Positions 30,134 to 41,334 of a stretch of DNA of 64,000 bases are shown piece after piece. Under the pieces are notes generated by a model that was not told the origin of the DNA, searched no databases, and saw nothing but the letters and a program-made list of their open reading frames with translations. Source of the DNA: Hydrurus foetidus (Eukaryota); NCBI GenBank assembly GCA_900617105.1, contig UYFQ01000004.1, forward strand, positions 372,001-436,000. Reading direction: 5' to 3'. The position numbers were made by a program, and so were the translations under genes. Positions within the stretch are counted from its first letter, which is position 1. Each line of letters opens with the position of its first letter.

Positions 30134-31240
30134 ATGCCCCCCATCATTCGACGAGTTCACGACGTACTGCTAGGTAACGACAAGTATTTACGCACTCGCA
30201 CCAAACAGTCCGGACTGGCGGCGGTGTTGATGTTGGCGTGCATGGCCATCTTGCACATGTTGGCGGTAACCGGTGTGGCCGACACCCGGAGTGTGACGCT
30301 GTGGTCAGCTTTTTGCGTTTCCGGGCTGGTGGTGTTTTTCGTGCTAATCCGCAGCGGTTACTCGCAGCGTTGGACTGATCCGTCGCTGACATTGGCGCAA
30401 ATGCTTTACGCCATTGCCTGCGATATGGTGGCTTTTGTGATTGCAGGGAAGGGTGCGGGCATGGCCTTGCCGCTGCTATCGCTGATCTTGATGTTTGGCA
30501 TGTTTGGCATGTCCATGCGCCAAGTGGTGGTGGTGGCTGTGTACGCGTTGACGCTGTTTGGCATCGCCATTGGTGTGGCGCTGGTGAACCCGACAACCGA
30601 CGAGCCAGTGGCGGTGTATGCGGCGTACTTTTTGACCGTTTTTATTGTGCTGACGGGCGTGACCTGTTTGACCTGGCGGCTAGGTCAAATACGTAAACAC
30701 ATGCACCGCCAAAAAGAACAGTTGGAGCAGGCTCTGGAGAAGATTCAGCTGATCGCCACCCGTGACGAATTAACAGGTACAGCCAACCGTCGCAGCATAA
30801 TTCAGACTATGCGCAACGAGATGCTGCGCTCCGAACGCACGACTGCCCCGCTGCTGGTAGCAATGCTAGATATTGACTACTTCAAACGCATCAATGACGG
30901 TCACGGCCACCAGGCGGGCGACCTGGCGCTGCAGGCTTTTACCAAAGCTGTGCAGGCCAGCATCCGAAGCACCGACACACTGGCCCGCTGGGGCGGTGAA
31001 GAGTTTTTGATCTTGCTGAACGACTCTGATATGAATGAGGGCATGGCATGCTTGGAGCGGGTACGTGCCGCTGTGGAAGCCGTGGTAGTGAAGGTTGAGA
31101 ACACGCAAATTCGCTTCACCGTGTCGATTGGCGTAACCGAGACCCAAACGGGCGACAGCGCGGAGAAAACAGTAGACCGGGCGGATTTGGCGCTGTACGC
31201 CGCCAAATCGCAGGGACGCAATCGAATTGTTACGGCATAG
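30134..31240 (+). CDS. Membrane-bound diguanylate cyclase (GGDEF)
   Basis: About six TM helices, DELTG, DIDYFKRIND.HGH..GD, I-site RSTD and active site GGEEF. AGGAG RBS upstream. Confidence 0.93.
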   Translation: MPPIIRRVHDVLLGNDKYLRTRTKQSGLAAVLMLACMAILHMLAVTGVADTRSVTLWSAFCVSGLVVFFVLIRSGYSQRWTDPSLTLAQMLYAIACDMVAFVIAGKGAGMALPLLSLILMFGMFGMSMRQVVVVAVYALTLFGIAIGVALVNPTTDEPVAVYAAYFLTVFIVLTGVTCLTWRLGQIRKHMHRQKEQLEQALEKIQLIATRDELTGTANRRSIIQTMRNEMLRSERTTAPLLVAMLDIDYFKRINDGHGHQAGDLALQAFTKAVQASIRSTDTLARWGGEEFLILLNDSDMNEGMACLERVRAAVEAVVVKVENTQIRFTVSIGVTETQTGDSAEKTVDRADLALYAAKSQGRNRIVTA

Positions 31241-31360
31241 TTGTGAGCTAACGCCACCACACCGAACCATCGCTGTTTTTCCAAAAACCACCCTGGTAGG
31301 GAGTCCGCCTATGCCACGCTTCAATACGCTGATCGCGCTCGCCCCAGCGCAATGATGCCC

Positions 31361-32848
31361 CTAAAACAACATCAAAAATGCAGCCAGTGGCACCACAGCC
31401 AAAGGCAATGGCGCAGCGGCTTGAAGACGCGCTAAATCTTCGGCTTCCAGTGCAACTTTGCTGACCACCACACAACTGGCGCAACCGTGCTCATGCGCCA
31501 AACGCGCGGCCTTCAATACATCTTTGTCTTGCACCTGATTGCGGTACTTGACTTCGACACCTATCGACGTACCGCCCAAATCGACGATGAAATCTAACTC
31601 GTCATTTTTGTAGCGCCAATAGCCCAGCTCCACCAAACCAGGCCAGCGGCGCAGGTGGTTGGCCACCACGTTTTCAGCATACGCCCCCATCAGCGTGGCA
31701 TCTGCCACCATTTGCGCTTGGCTCAGTTTGAGCACGGCATTGCGCACAGCCAAATCAACCAAGTACGTTTTGAAGTTTCCGGCTTTAGGGGTTGCTTTGG
31801 TGCTGGTGTGCTTGTGCAAGCGCCAGACCAAATCCGTCGCCTCCAGCAGGGGAAAGTAACTCTCGATGGTCGAGCGCACCATACCTAAGTCGGTGCTGAC
31901 TTGCGACAAGTTGCTCTCGCGCCCAGGGTCTTTCAGCAGGCCCAGGTAGAAGCGACGCAGCATTTCAGGTTTGCGGAATTCGGCGGCGACGATCAAGTCT
32001 TCAAAAATGACGCGCTCAACTTGGTTTTGGTAGAGGTACTCTTGCTTGGCGAGCAGGCTGGGGAGATTCCAGACTTCGGGGAAGCCGCCTTCGAAGAGAA
32101 ATCGCTCGCAAGCAGTCGAATCGACGCCTAGCCCTTCAAAAAGTACTTCAGACGGATCTGGCGTAAGCCACTCAACAATGGCAGCACCATGACTTTGAAA
32201 ATACAACCCATCATTAGCGAACGAACGCGAGACATGCCCCCTCATTTCTTGCGTCATTGGCAGCCCACCGTACTGTCCAGTGACCCAAAACCACTCCCGA
32301 AAGCTGAACGGCATCACATGAAAATCCTTGATCCGCCCCAGCAAGCTCTCACGTGACTTTTTAAAAATGGGTGTGCTGGCAGAGCCTGACACAACGATCC
32401 GCACGGGCGTTTTCAAGTCGTAGTACTTCTTCAGATACAACTCCCAACGCGGGAAACGCTGTATTTCGTCCAAAAACAAGTAACTTGGCCCCGTTTTTGA
32501 GGCCAACACCGCCGCCGCCACCAGTTCGTTAAAAAACTTGTCTTGGTTAAACCCTGGGATTTCCAATCCTGGGTCTTGCATCGAAAAATACACGATGCGG
32601 CTTGCCTGCGCCTGAGGGTCTGGTGACTCCGCAATCAAGCGCTGAATGCACTGCTGCAGCAAGGTGCTTTTGCCCACCCGGCGTGGCCCTGTGACGGAAA
32701 GCATTTGCGGCAGTTGCAACACATCGGCATACAAACCTTCATACACGTCGCGCTTAAAGACAGGCAAACCGTCAAACGCTGTGTCGAGCCCCATCCACCA
32801 CAGGTTGTAAGGCTGAAGAAGATCAAAGTTGGCGAAAAAATGAGACAT
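31361..32848 (-). CDS. Second AAA_14/DUF4143-type ATP-binding protein
   Basis: GPRRVGKST, LFLDEIQ, SGSAS, ESLLGR, GGFPE, KTYLVD and YWR..ELDFIV..GVEVKY. Confidence 0.87.
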   Translation of the reverse strand: MSHFFANFDLLQPYNLWWMGLDTAFDGLPVFKRDVYEGLYADVLQLPQMLSVTGPRRVGKSTLLQQCIQRLIAESPDPQAQASRIVYFSMQDPGLEIPGFNQDKFFNELVAAAVLASKTGPSYLFLDEIQRFPRWELYLKKYYDLKTPVRIVVSGSASTPIFKKSRESLLGRIKDFHVMPFSFREWFWVTGQYGGLPMTQEMRGHVSRSFANDGLYFQSHGAAIVEWLTPDPSEVLFEGLGVDSTACERFLFEGGFPEVWNLPSLLAKQEYLYQNQVERVIFEDLIVAAEFRKPEMLRRFYLGLLKDPGRESNLSQVSTDLGMVRSTIESYFPLLEATDLVWRLHKHTSTKATPKAGNFKTYLVDLAVRNAVLKLSQAQMVADATLMGAYAENVVANHLRRWPGLVELGYWRYKNDELDFIVDLGGTSIGVEVKYRNQVQDKDVLKAARLAHEHGCASCVVVSKVALEAEDLARLQAAAPLPLAVVPLAAFLMLF

Positions 32849-32863
32849 GCTGCTTCTTTAAAA

Positions 32864-32901
32864 TTTGCATTATTTTATGTTTAAACATCAAATAATGCAA
32901 A
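32864..32901. repeat. 38-bp palindrome between the ATPase gene and rep
   Basis: TTTGCATTATTTTATGTTT|AAACATCAAATAATGCAAA, 18 of 19 pairs complementary. Confidence 0.9.
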
Positions 32902-32960
32902 ACAAGCACTCAGTATGATTCGCAGCACCTCCCCTTCTCGGCTCAAACCCTGCTCACTCC

Positions 32961-35090
32961 ATGTCATCCCCCGGCCCCGGCCTGAACCTCGCCCAGCAAG
33001 AAGCCGTTAACTACCTGCACGGCCCCTGTCTCGTTTTAGCGGGTGCGGGCTCGGGCAAGACCCGTGTCATCACGCACAAAATTGGCCGTTTGATCCAGAC
33101 CGGGCTGGAGCCTAAGCGCATTGCCGCCATCACCTTCACCAACAAAGCCGCCATCGAGATGCGCGAACGCGCCAAGGGGCTGATTGGGCGCGATGCCAAG
33201 CAGGTGCTGATTTGCACCTTCCACGCCCTGGGGGTTCGCATGATGCGGCTTGATGGCGAGGTACTGGGGTTGAAGCCTAACTTTTCGATTCTGGACAGCG
33301 ACGACGTGACCAGCATCCTGAAAGACTGCGGCGGCAGCACCGACACGGCCACCGCACGCCAGTGGCAATGGGCCATCAGCCTGTGGAAAAACATGGGGTT
33401 GAATTCCGCGCAAGCGCTGGCCCAAGCCAAAGACGACAACGAACGCATCACCGCCACCATCATGGGCCGCTACGAAGAGCGCCTGTCGGCCTACCAAAGC
33501 GTTGATTTTGACGATTTGATCGGTTTGCCGCTCAAACTGCTGCAAGACCACGCGCACGTCAGGCAGCGCTGGCAAGCTGCACTGGGCCATGTTCTGGTGG
33601 ACGAGTACCAAGACACTAACGCCACGCAGTACGAGGTGTTGAAGCACATCGTGGGCGAACGCGCCCGCTTCACCGCCGTGGGCGACGACGATCAGAGCAT
33701 CTACGGCTGGCGCGGGGCCACGCTGGACAACTTGAAAAAGCTGCCCATCGAGTTCCCCACGCTCAAAGTCATCAAACTGGAGCAAAACTACCGCTCCACC
33801 AGCGCCATCCTGCGTGCCGCCAACAACGTGATTGGCCCCAACCCCAAGCTCTACCCCAAGACCCTGTTCAGCGAACTGGGCGAAGGCGAGCCGGTGCGCG
33901 TGGTCGATGCCGACACCGAAGAGCACGAGGGCGAGCGCACCGTGGCCCGCATCCAAAGCCTGCGGGCGGGCGAGTTGCTGATGGCGAATGGCACACCCAT
34001 CAGCAAGGAATGGAAGGATTTCGCCATCCTCTACCGTGCCAACCACCAAGCCAAGGTGTTCGAAAAAGCCCTGCGCAAAGCCAATATGCCGTACAAAGTC
34101 TCGGGCGGGCAGAGCTTTTTTGACCGCGCTGAGATCAAAGACCTGTGCGCCTGGTTTCGCCTGTGGGTCAACAACGACGATGACCCGGCCTTTTTGCGCG
34201 CCATCACCACCCCCAAACGCGGCATTGGCCACACCACGCTGGGGCGCTTGGGTGAATTTGGCAAAAACTTCAAACTCAGCCTGTTCGCCTCGCTGTTTTC
34301 CAGCTCGCTCGGTAGCTTGATGAAGGGCTCAGCGCTGGAAAGCCTGCACGAGTTTGGCCGCTACATCAACGACTTGGAATACCGCGCCCGCCAAACCATA
34401 GGCACCCAAGCCGCCCACACCTTCATGCTGGACTGGCTGAAAGAAATCGGCTACGAGCAGCACCTGTTTGAGGCCGAAGACAGCGAGAAAGTCGCCGCCG
34501 CCAAATGGACGAACGTGCTGGAGTTTTGTGACTGGATGTCGAAGCGCTGCGGTGGCGAGATCGACGATGACTCGGGCGCTACCACCACACAAATCACTGA
34601 GGCCAAAAGCCTTTTAGAGGTGGCCCAAACCATCGCCCTGCTCTCCACTATCACCCAGCGCGAGGGCGAACAAAACGTCATCACGCTGTCGACGCTGCAC
34701 GCCTCCAAAGGGCTGGAATGGCCGCATGTGATGCTGGTGGGCGTGACGGAAGGCATGTTGCCGTTCAAATTGGGCGAAGATGAGGCGAATTCCGGCAAGG
34801 CCGAGGGTGGCGCGATGAGCGACGACATCCTCACCCGCCTGCAAGAAGAACGCCGCCTGATGTACGTGGGCATCACCCGCGCCCAGCGCACGCTGGCGGT
34901 CAGCTGGACAAAACGCCGCAAAAAAGGCCGTGAAATGGTGGCCACGATGCCCAGCCGCTTCATCGCGGAAATGGGTCTAGACAAAACCACCGTCAAAGAA
35001 GACCCGCGTGAAAAGCTGCGGGCGCTGCGGGCCGAATTCGCACAAAAAGCGCTGGACAATGCGGCGCTGGCAGCGGCTAATCCGCCTTAG
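32961..35090 (+). CDS. rep: ATP-dependent DNA helicase Rep (UvrD/Rep family)
   Basis: LAGAGSGKTRVIT, TFTNKAA, VDEYQDTN, GDDDQSIY.WRGA, LEQNYRS, TLHASKGLE and EERRLMYVGITRAQ. Confidence 0.9.
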   Translation: MSSPGPGLNLAQQEAVNYLHGPCLVLAGAGSGKTRVITHKIGRLIQTGLEPKRIAAITFTNKAAIEMRERAKGLIGRDAKQVLICTFHALGVRMMRLDGEVLGLKPNFSILDSDDVTSILKDCGGSTDTATARQWQWAISLWKNMGLNSAQALAQAKDDNERITATIMGRYEERLSAYQSVDFDDLIGLPLKLLQDHAHVRQRWQAALGHVLVDEYQDTNATQYEVLKHIVGERARFTAVGDDDQSIYGWRGATLDNLKKLPIEFPTLKVIKLEQNYRSTSAILRAANNVIGPNPKLYPKTLFSELGEGEPVRVVDADTEEHEGERTVARIQSLRAGELLMANGTPISKEWKDFAILYRANHQAKVFEKALRKANMPYKVSGGQSFFDRAEIKDLCAWFRLWVNNDDDPAFLRAITTPKRGIGHTTLGRLGEFGKNFKLSLFASLFSSSLGSLMKGSALESLHEFGRYINDLEYRARQTIGTQAAHTFMLDWLKEIGYEQHLFEAEDSEKVAAAKWTNVLEFCDWMSKRCGGEIDDDSGATTTQITEAKSLLEVAQTIALLSTITQREGEQNVITLSTLHASKGLEWPHVMLVGVTEGMLPFKLGEDEANSGKAEGGAMSDDILTRLQEERRLMYVGITRAQRTLAVSWTKRRKKGREMVATMPSRFIAEMGLDKTTVKEDPREKLRALRAEFAQKALDNAALAAANPP

Positions 35091-35133
35091 CGGCTCCTCG
35101 CCCCTTCGCCCCTATTTCGACCATGCTTTGACC

Positions 35134-36318
35134 ATGAACTTCACAAAACTCTCTTTTTTGATAGCGCTCACCGTAGGTACAGCAAGCGCTGAGGCCCAAT
35201 CTTTCGCCCCCATCTCCCTGCCTTCCAGCTACCTGCCCGGCTACACCGGCAGCAACTGGCTGCAATGCGCCGCGCTGCCCAACAGCGAACGCCTCGCCTG
35301 CTACGACCGCTGGGCCAGCGAGCAGAAGGCGGACTTGCACAGCCTGGAGTCAAATACGCCATCACCGCTTTCTGCATCAGCATTACCAGCTATCAAAACA
35401 GAAGCAACCACCGCCGCAGCGTTGCCCGCACTCGCCGATGATGACGACATCGACACCACCCGTGCTGAAGGCTGCAAAGACCGCCGCTATTCGGCCTTGT
35501 CGCGCTTTTGGGAACTGGAGCGCAGCACCGACTGCAACACCTTTGGCATACGCGGCTACCGGCCCATCAGCCTGTCTGTCGTGGGTGCTGACTCCGTGAA
35601 CCGTGCACCCAATTCGCCCACCGCCGGTCACACGGCCAGCGACGTGGCTTACCAGCGGGTTGAAACCCGCATTCAACTCTCGGTACGCACCAAAATCGCC
35701 CAAGGTCTGCTGACCTCCAGCCACCCCGAACGCCATGATTCACTCTGGTTTGGCTACACCCAGCAGTCGTACTGGCAACTGTTCAACGGCGCGATCTCAC
35801 GCCCGTTCCGCACCACCGACCACGAACCCGAGGTGATTTACGTCTACCCCACCACCGCCGATTTGCCCGGTGGCTGGCGGCTGCGTTACAGCGGGCTGGG
35901 GCTGGTTCACCAGTCCAACGGCCAAAGCCTGCCGCTGTCGCGCAGCTGGAACCGGGTTTACCTGATGGCGGGGATGGAAAAAGGCGATCACTTGCGCATC
36001 ACCGCCCGTGCTTGGCAACGCTTGCCTGAAAAAACCAACGACGACAACCCCGACATCGTGAACCGCATTGGCCGAGGCGAAATCCAGGCCATCTGGGATG
36101 CCGACACCCGCAACACCTACACCGCCACCGCCCGCAACTCGCTGCGCACCCAAGCCAGCGGCTCGCTGCGCCTGGAATGGCTGCGCACCCTTGGCGACCC
36201 GAGAACCAGCGGCCTGCGGCTGCACACCCAGCTGTTCAGCGGCTACGGCGACAGCTTGGTGGACTACAACCGCCGCCGCGTCATGCTGAGCGTGGGTTTG
36301 AGCTTGGTGGATTTTTAA
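35134..36318 (+). CDS. pldA: Outer membrane phospholipase A
   Basis: Signal peptide, FGYTQQSYWQ, SRPFR, catalytic HQSNG, SRSWNR, GYGDSLVDYN and C-terminal Phe. Confidence 0.92.
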   Translation: MNFTKLSFLIALTVGTASAEAQSFAPISLPSSYLPGYTGSNWLQCAALPNSERLACYDRWASEQKADLHSLESNTPSPLSASALPAIKTEATTAAALPALADDDDIDTTRAEGCKDRRYSALSRFWELERSTDCNTFGIRGYRPISLSVVGADSVNRAPNSPTAGHTASDVAYQRVETRIQLSVRTKIAQGLLTSSHPERHDSLWFGYTQQSYWQLFNGAISRPFRTTDHEPEVIYVYPTTADLPGGWRLRYSGLGLVHQSNGQSLPLSRSWNRVYLMAGMEKGDHLRITARAWQRLPEKTNDDNPDIVNRIGRGEIQAIWDADTRNTYTATARNSLRTQASGSLRLEWLRTLGDPRTSGLRLHTQLFSGYGDSLVDYNRRRVMLSVGLSLVDF

Positions 36319-36319
36319 G

Positions 36320-36820
36320 ATGGCACTCGCACTTCACCTGAAACAGCTGCTGAAAAAACACCTGCGATACGCTACGGTTTTAATAGCTTCGGTAGCATAC
36401 CCCTTGTTCGCTCAAGCCCAAATTTCCACACCAAAATCGGCCTGCCCTGCGCCCAAAGAACTGACGCAGCAGCAGGCTTACGGCGATTGGCGCGTCACCT
36501 GGCAAGACGGCGGTGCCAGCGAGGTCATCCGCTTCGGCCTCAACCCTGAGTTCCCCGATAGCCTGAGCGGCGAGTTGAAACGTGGCAGAGAAAAGCTGCA
36601 ATTGGCCGGCGATCTGGAAGACGGGCAACTCACGCTGGAAGAATCCCCCGACGGCAAAGCCATCAGCGCGGCTTGGGAAGGTAAGGTAGTGGAGGGAAGC
36701 TGCGGCAAGGCGATAGAGGGGGTGTGGACGCGCGATGAAAGCGTGGCCGAGAAAACCGCGGCAACAGGAGGGGAATCGGGTGTGCGGAAGTTTGTACTGA
36801 GGCAGGTGCTTGGGTGGTGA
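36320..36820 (+). CDS. Hypothetical exported protein
   Basis: Signal-peptide-like AQA cleavage site, two Cys and beta-rich sequence. Starts 1 nt after the pldA stop. Confidence 0.7.
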   Translation: MALALHLKQLLKKHLRYATVLIASVAYPLFAQAQISTPKSACPAPKELTQQQAYGDWRVTWQDGGASEVIRFGLNPEFPDSLSGELKRGREKLQLAGDLEDGQLTLEESPDGKAISAAWEGKVVEGSCGKAIEGVWTRDESVAEKTAATGGESGVRKFVLRQVLGW

Positions 36821-36898
36821 TACGCAGCCAAGCGATAAAACATCCTTGCATTTATGGAGTTTCATTCCATGATTTGCAAGGATAAATACAGCAAGAAC

Positions 36899-38098
<1,200 letters not shown>

Positions 38099-41000
38099 TT
38101 AGGAGGCCGTGGCCTCCAGCAGCAGCTCACGCGCCTGCTCCAGATCAAACTGCGCCAAAGCCGTGCTGATTTTGGCGTGGAATGTCCCCAGGTGGGTCGT
38201 GAACGCGGTGCTGTGGAGGGTGAAGTACTCACGCGCTTCGGGGTCGTCATCGTCAAGCAGGGCTTGCAAAGTACTGAGCTGGACGGCTACATCTGCGGGG
38301 TCTGTGGCGACGGTGTTTTCAGTATCGGCCAAAGGCGGTAGAGCGGCTGTCAGCGCCTCAATCAAGGCATCCAAGCCTGTGCGCAAGGGTGCCATCACAG
38401 CGGCAATATCGGGCGGAGATTGATGCGCACGGATGGCGGCTTCAACGGCATCGGCGCTGGCCTGCAAGCTGCTGACCCCCATGTTCCCGGCCAAGCCTTT
38501 GAGGGTGTGGGCGGCACGCTCAGCAGTGGCCCAAGCATCGTTGGTAGGGCTGGCATCGCCATGATGGGCGGTGGTCAACGCGGCCTGAATACGGTCACAC
38601 GCATCGTGCTGCTCGGCGACGAAGCTGCGCAGCAGCGTCACGTACAGCGACTGGTTGCCCATCACGCGACGCAGCCCAAGGGTGATGTCCAAACCCGGCA
38701 CGGGTTGGCGCAGGGCCAAATCCGCAGGGGTCACTTCGCTGGTAACACGGCGGTCTTTGGTGTGTTGGGTGGGAGGGGCCGCCGCGCCCAGACCCGCGCG
38801 GGGCCGAATCCACTGCACCAGGGCTTGCCAGAGGGCTTCAGGCTCAATGGGTTTGAGCACAAAGTCGTTCATACCTGCGGCTTGGCAGCGGTCACGGTCA
38901 ACCTGCATGGCGTTGGCGGTCATGGCGAGGATGGGGAGCGTGGTGAGCCGGGTATCAGCGCGCAGAGCCCGTGTGGCGGTAATGCCGTCCATCACGGGCA
39001 TTTGCATGTCCATCAGCACCACGTCGTAAGGCTGGTTGAGGGCGAGGGATTGACCCACGCGGTCTACCGCAATTTGACCGTTGTCCGCAACATCCACCTC
39101 CAGCCCAGCCCATTGAAGCAACTCACTGGCGACTTGCTGGTTGATGGCGTTGTCTTCCACCAGCAGCACACGGGCACCACGAAGAGTTTGCAAGGTTTGC
39201 AAAGCATTCTGTGCGTTGCCCTCTCGCCCGCCATGCTCTTGGTGCGAAGCCTGGGAAGGCTCCGCCGCATCGACTTGGCCTAAGAGCCGCAGCAAGGTGT
39301 CTTGCAACATGCTGTTGCTCACGGGTTTTGACAGTACCTCGTTGATGCCTGCAAGCCGGGCATCGTCGATCACATTGTCGCGGCCATAGCCCGTGACGAT
39401 GGCCAACTTGGGGGGCGGATTCAGCCCCAAGGCTTGGAGTTGCACCGCCAAGGCCAAACCGTCCATGCCAGGCATTTGCCAATCGGTGAGGACGGCATCG
39501 AACGGCTTGCCCGCTTTGTCCGCCGCCCGCACCAAGTCGATAGCAGCCAAACCTGACGCGACCGAGGCGACCTCTAACCCCAGGGCGCTGACCATTGCGA
39601 CCAGGACCGTGCGGGCAGAGTCGTTGTCGTCCACCACCAGCACATGGCGACCCTGCAAATCGCTCAGGCGTGGCAATGCCGGTGCGCGCCGCTCGCCCAC
39701 CCCCAAGGTGGCCGTGAACCAAAAGGCAGAGCCTTGCCCGACTTGGCTGGCAACGCCCACCTCACCGCCCATCAGCTCAGCCAAGCGTTTGCTGATGGCC
39801 AGCCCCAGCCCCGTACCTCCATATTGGCGTGTGGTGGAGGCATCGGCTTGGCTGAAGCTTTGAAACAGCCGGGCAATTTGCGCCTCAGACAGCCCAATGC
39901 CGGTGTCACGCACTTCAAAGCGCAACTGCACCATGCCGGTCGCGTCATCCACAGTGTCTCTCAATCTCACCACGATGGTGACTTCGCCGCTGGCGGTGAA
40001 TTTGATGGCATTGTTGGCGTAATTAATCAGCACTTGGCTGAGACGCAAGGGGTCGCCCACCAGCCAAACAGGCACATCAGGGGATAAATCACAGACCAGC
40101 TCCAGGCCTTTGCTTTGGGCTTTCTCCGCAATCACATTGACCACATTGGCCATGACTTTTTCCAGATCGAAGGCGATGCTTTCCACCGTGAGTTTGCCGG
40201 CTTCGACTTTGGAAAAATCCAAAATATCGTTCAAGATGCCCAGCAAATGCTGACCTGACTGCATGATTTTGCTGATGTAGTCATGCTGGCGGGCGGACAA
40301 CTCGGTGGTGAGGGCGAGGTGCGACATGCCGATGATGGCATTCATAGGCGTACGGATTTCGTGGCTCATGTTGGCCAAAAAATCACTCTTAGCTTGGTTG
40401 GCTGCATCGGCGGCTTCTTTCGCCAATTGCAGTTGGGCGGCTGCACGGCGGCTGTCAGTCACGTCGTCGTACACCCAAACAGAACCTTGCTCTGGATCTG
40501 TTTGGTCTACCGCACGGCCAAAAACTTGGCCCCAAAACAAACTGCCGTCTTTGCGCTGGTATTCGAAGGTGCCGGTATACACCTCGCCGGACAAAATTTT
40601 GGGCGCGACTTCAGCACCAATCTGAAGAAACGCGTCGTCGCCTGGAAACAGCACGCGGGTAGAGCACCCCAGCAGCTCGTCAGGCGCGTAACCGAACATC
40701 AGCGCCATGGCAGGGTTGCACCGGTGAATCACACGCGCCTTGACAAACGCGATGCCGACGTTGACCGACTCAAAAATAATCTTTTGCTCGCGCAACGCTA
40801 CCGCCATAGCGCGTTCCGCTGTTTTTTGCGAGGTGATGTCAATCATGCAGGCCACCATGCCTGAGGGCTTGTCCTCGTCATCGCGGATACCCACCGAGCG
40901 AAACATCGTGTCGTGAACCGAACCATCGGCAAAGTGGATCTGCAAATCACGGTCAATCGAGGCTGACTCGGCAATGATGCGGTCGTCTTCGGCCTTGAGG

Positions 41001-41290
41001 TGCAAGCGTTGCTCCATGGGAAGGATGTCTAAATCCAGCACACTGGTGCCCCGCAACGCTTCAATTTTTTGACCAAAAGCCTCCTCGTGGGCACGGTTGA
41101 TACCCAAATAACAGGCATGAACATCGTGGTAAAAAATCGGATAAGGCAGCGAGTCAATGATGGTAAGCAGGCGACGGTTCTCACTGTTCGCGAGCTGTAG
41201 CGCTTGCTGCGCAGCCTTCAGTTGTGCTTGCAGCGATGCCACCATATCACCGCGAGTTTCAGCATCTTCCACGTTAAACAGATCCGCCAT
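38099..41290 (-). CDS. Hybrid sensor kinase (PAS-PAS-HisKA-HATPase-REC-REC-HPt)
   Basis: [21 protein letters not shown], two receivers (LTDWQMP, LMDMQMP) and HPt AHTLKG. Confidence 0.94.
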   Translation of the reverse strand: MADLFNVEDAETRGDMVASLQAQLKAAQQALQLANSENRRLLTIIDSLPYPIFYHDVHACYLGINRAHEEAFGQKIEALRGTSVLDLDILPMEQRLHLKAEDDRIIAESASIDRDLQIHFADGSVHDTMFRSVGIRDDEDKPSGMVACMIDITSQKTAERAMAVALREQKIIFESVNVGIAFVKARVIHRCNPAMALMFGYAPDELLGCSTRVLFPGDDAFLQIGAEVAPKILSGEVYTGTFEYQRKDGSLFWGQVFGRAVDQTDPEQGSVWVYDDVTDSRRAAAQLQLAKEAADAANQAKSDFLANMSHEIRTPMNAIIGMSHLALTTELSARQHDYISKIMQSGQHLLGILNDILDFSKVEAGKLTVESIAFDLEKVMANVVNVIAEKAQSKGLELVCDLSPDVPVWLVGDPLRLSQVLINYANNAIKFTASGEVTIVVRLRDTVDDATGMVQLRFEVRDTGIGLSEAQIARLFQSFSQADASTTRQYGGTGLGLAISKRLAELMGGEVGVASQVGQGSAFWFTATLGVGERRAPALPRLSDLQGRHVLVVDDNDSARTVLVAMVSALGLEVASVASGLAAIDLVRAADKAGKPFDAVLTDWQMPGMDGLALAVQLQALGLNPPPKLAIVTGYGRDNVIDDARLAGINEVLSKPVSNSMLQDTLLRLLGQVDAAEPSQASHQEHGGREGNAQNALQTLQTLRGARVLLVEDNAINQQVASELLQWAGLEVDVADNGQIAVDRVGQSLALNQPYDVVLMDMQMPVMDGITATRALRADTRLTTLPILAMTANAMQVDRDRCQAAGMNDFVLKPIEPEALWQALVQWIRPRAGLGAAAPPTQHTKDRRVTSEVTPADLALRQPVPGLDITLGLRRVMGNQSLYVTLLRSFVAEQHDACDRIQAALTTAHHGDASPTNDAWATAERAAHTLKGLAGNMGVSSLQASADAVEAAIRAHQSPPDIAAVMAPLRTGLDALIEALTAALPPLADTENTVATDPADVAVQLSTLQALLDDDDPEAREYFTLHSTAFTTHLGTFHAKISTALAQFDLEQARELLLEATAS

Positions 41291-41334
41291 GGTGAATAAA
41301 CTCCAAGCTCATCAAAAACAGAGCCTTACACCAG

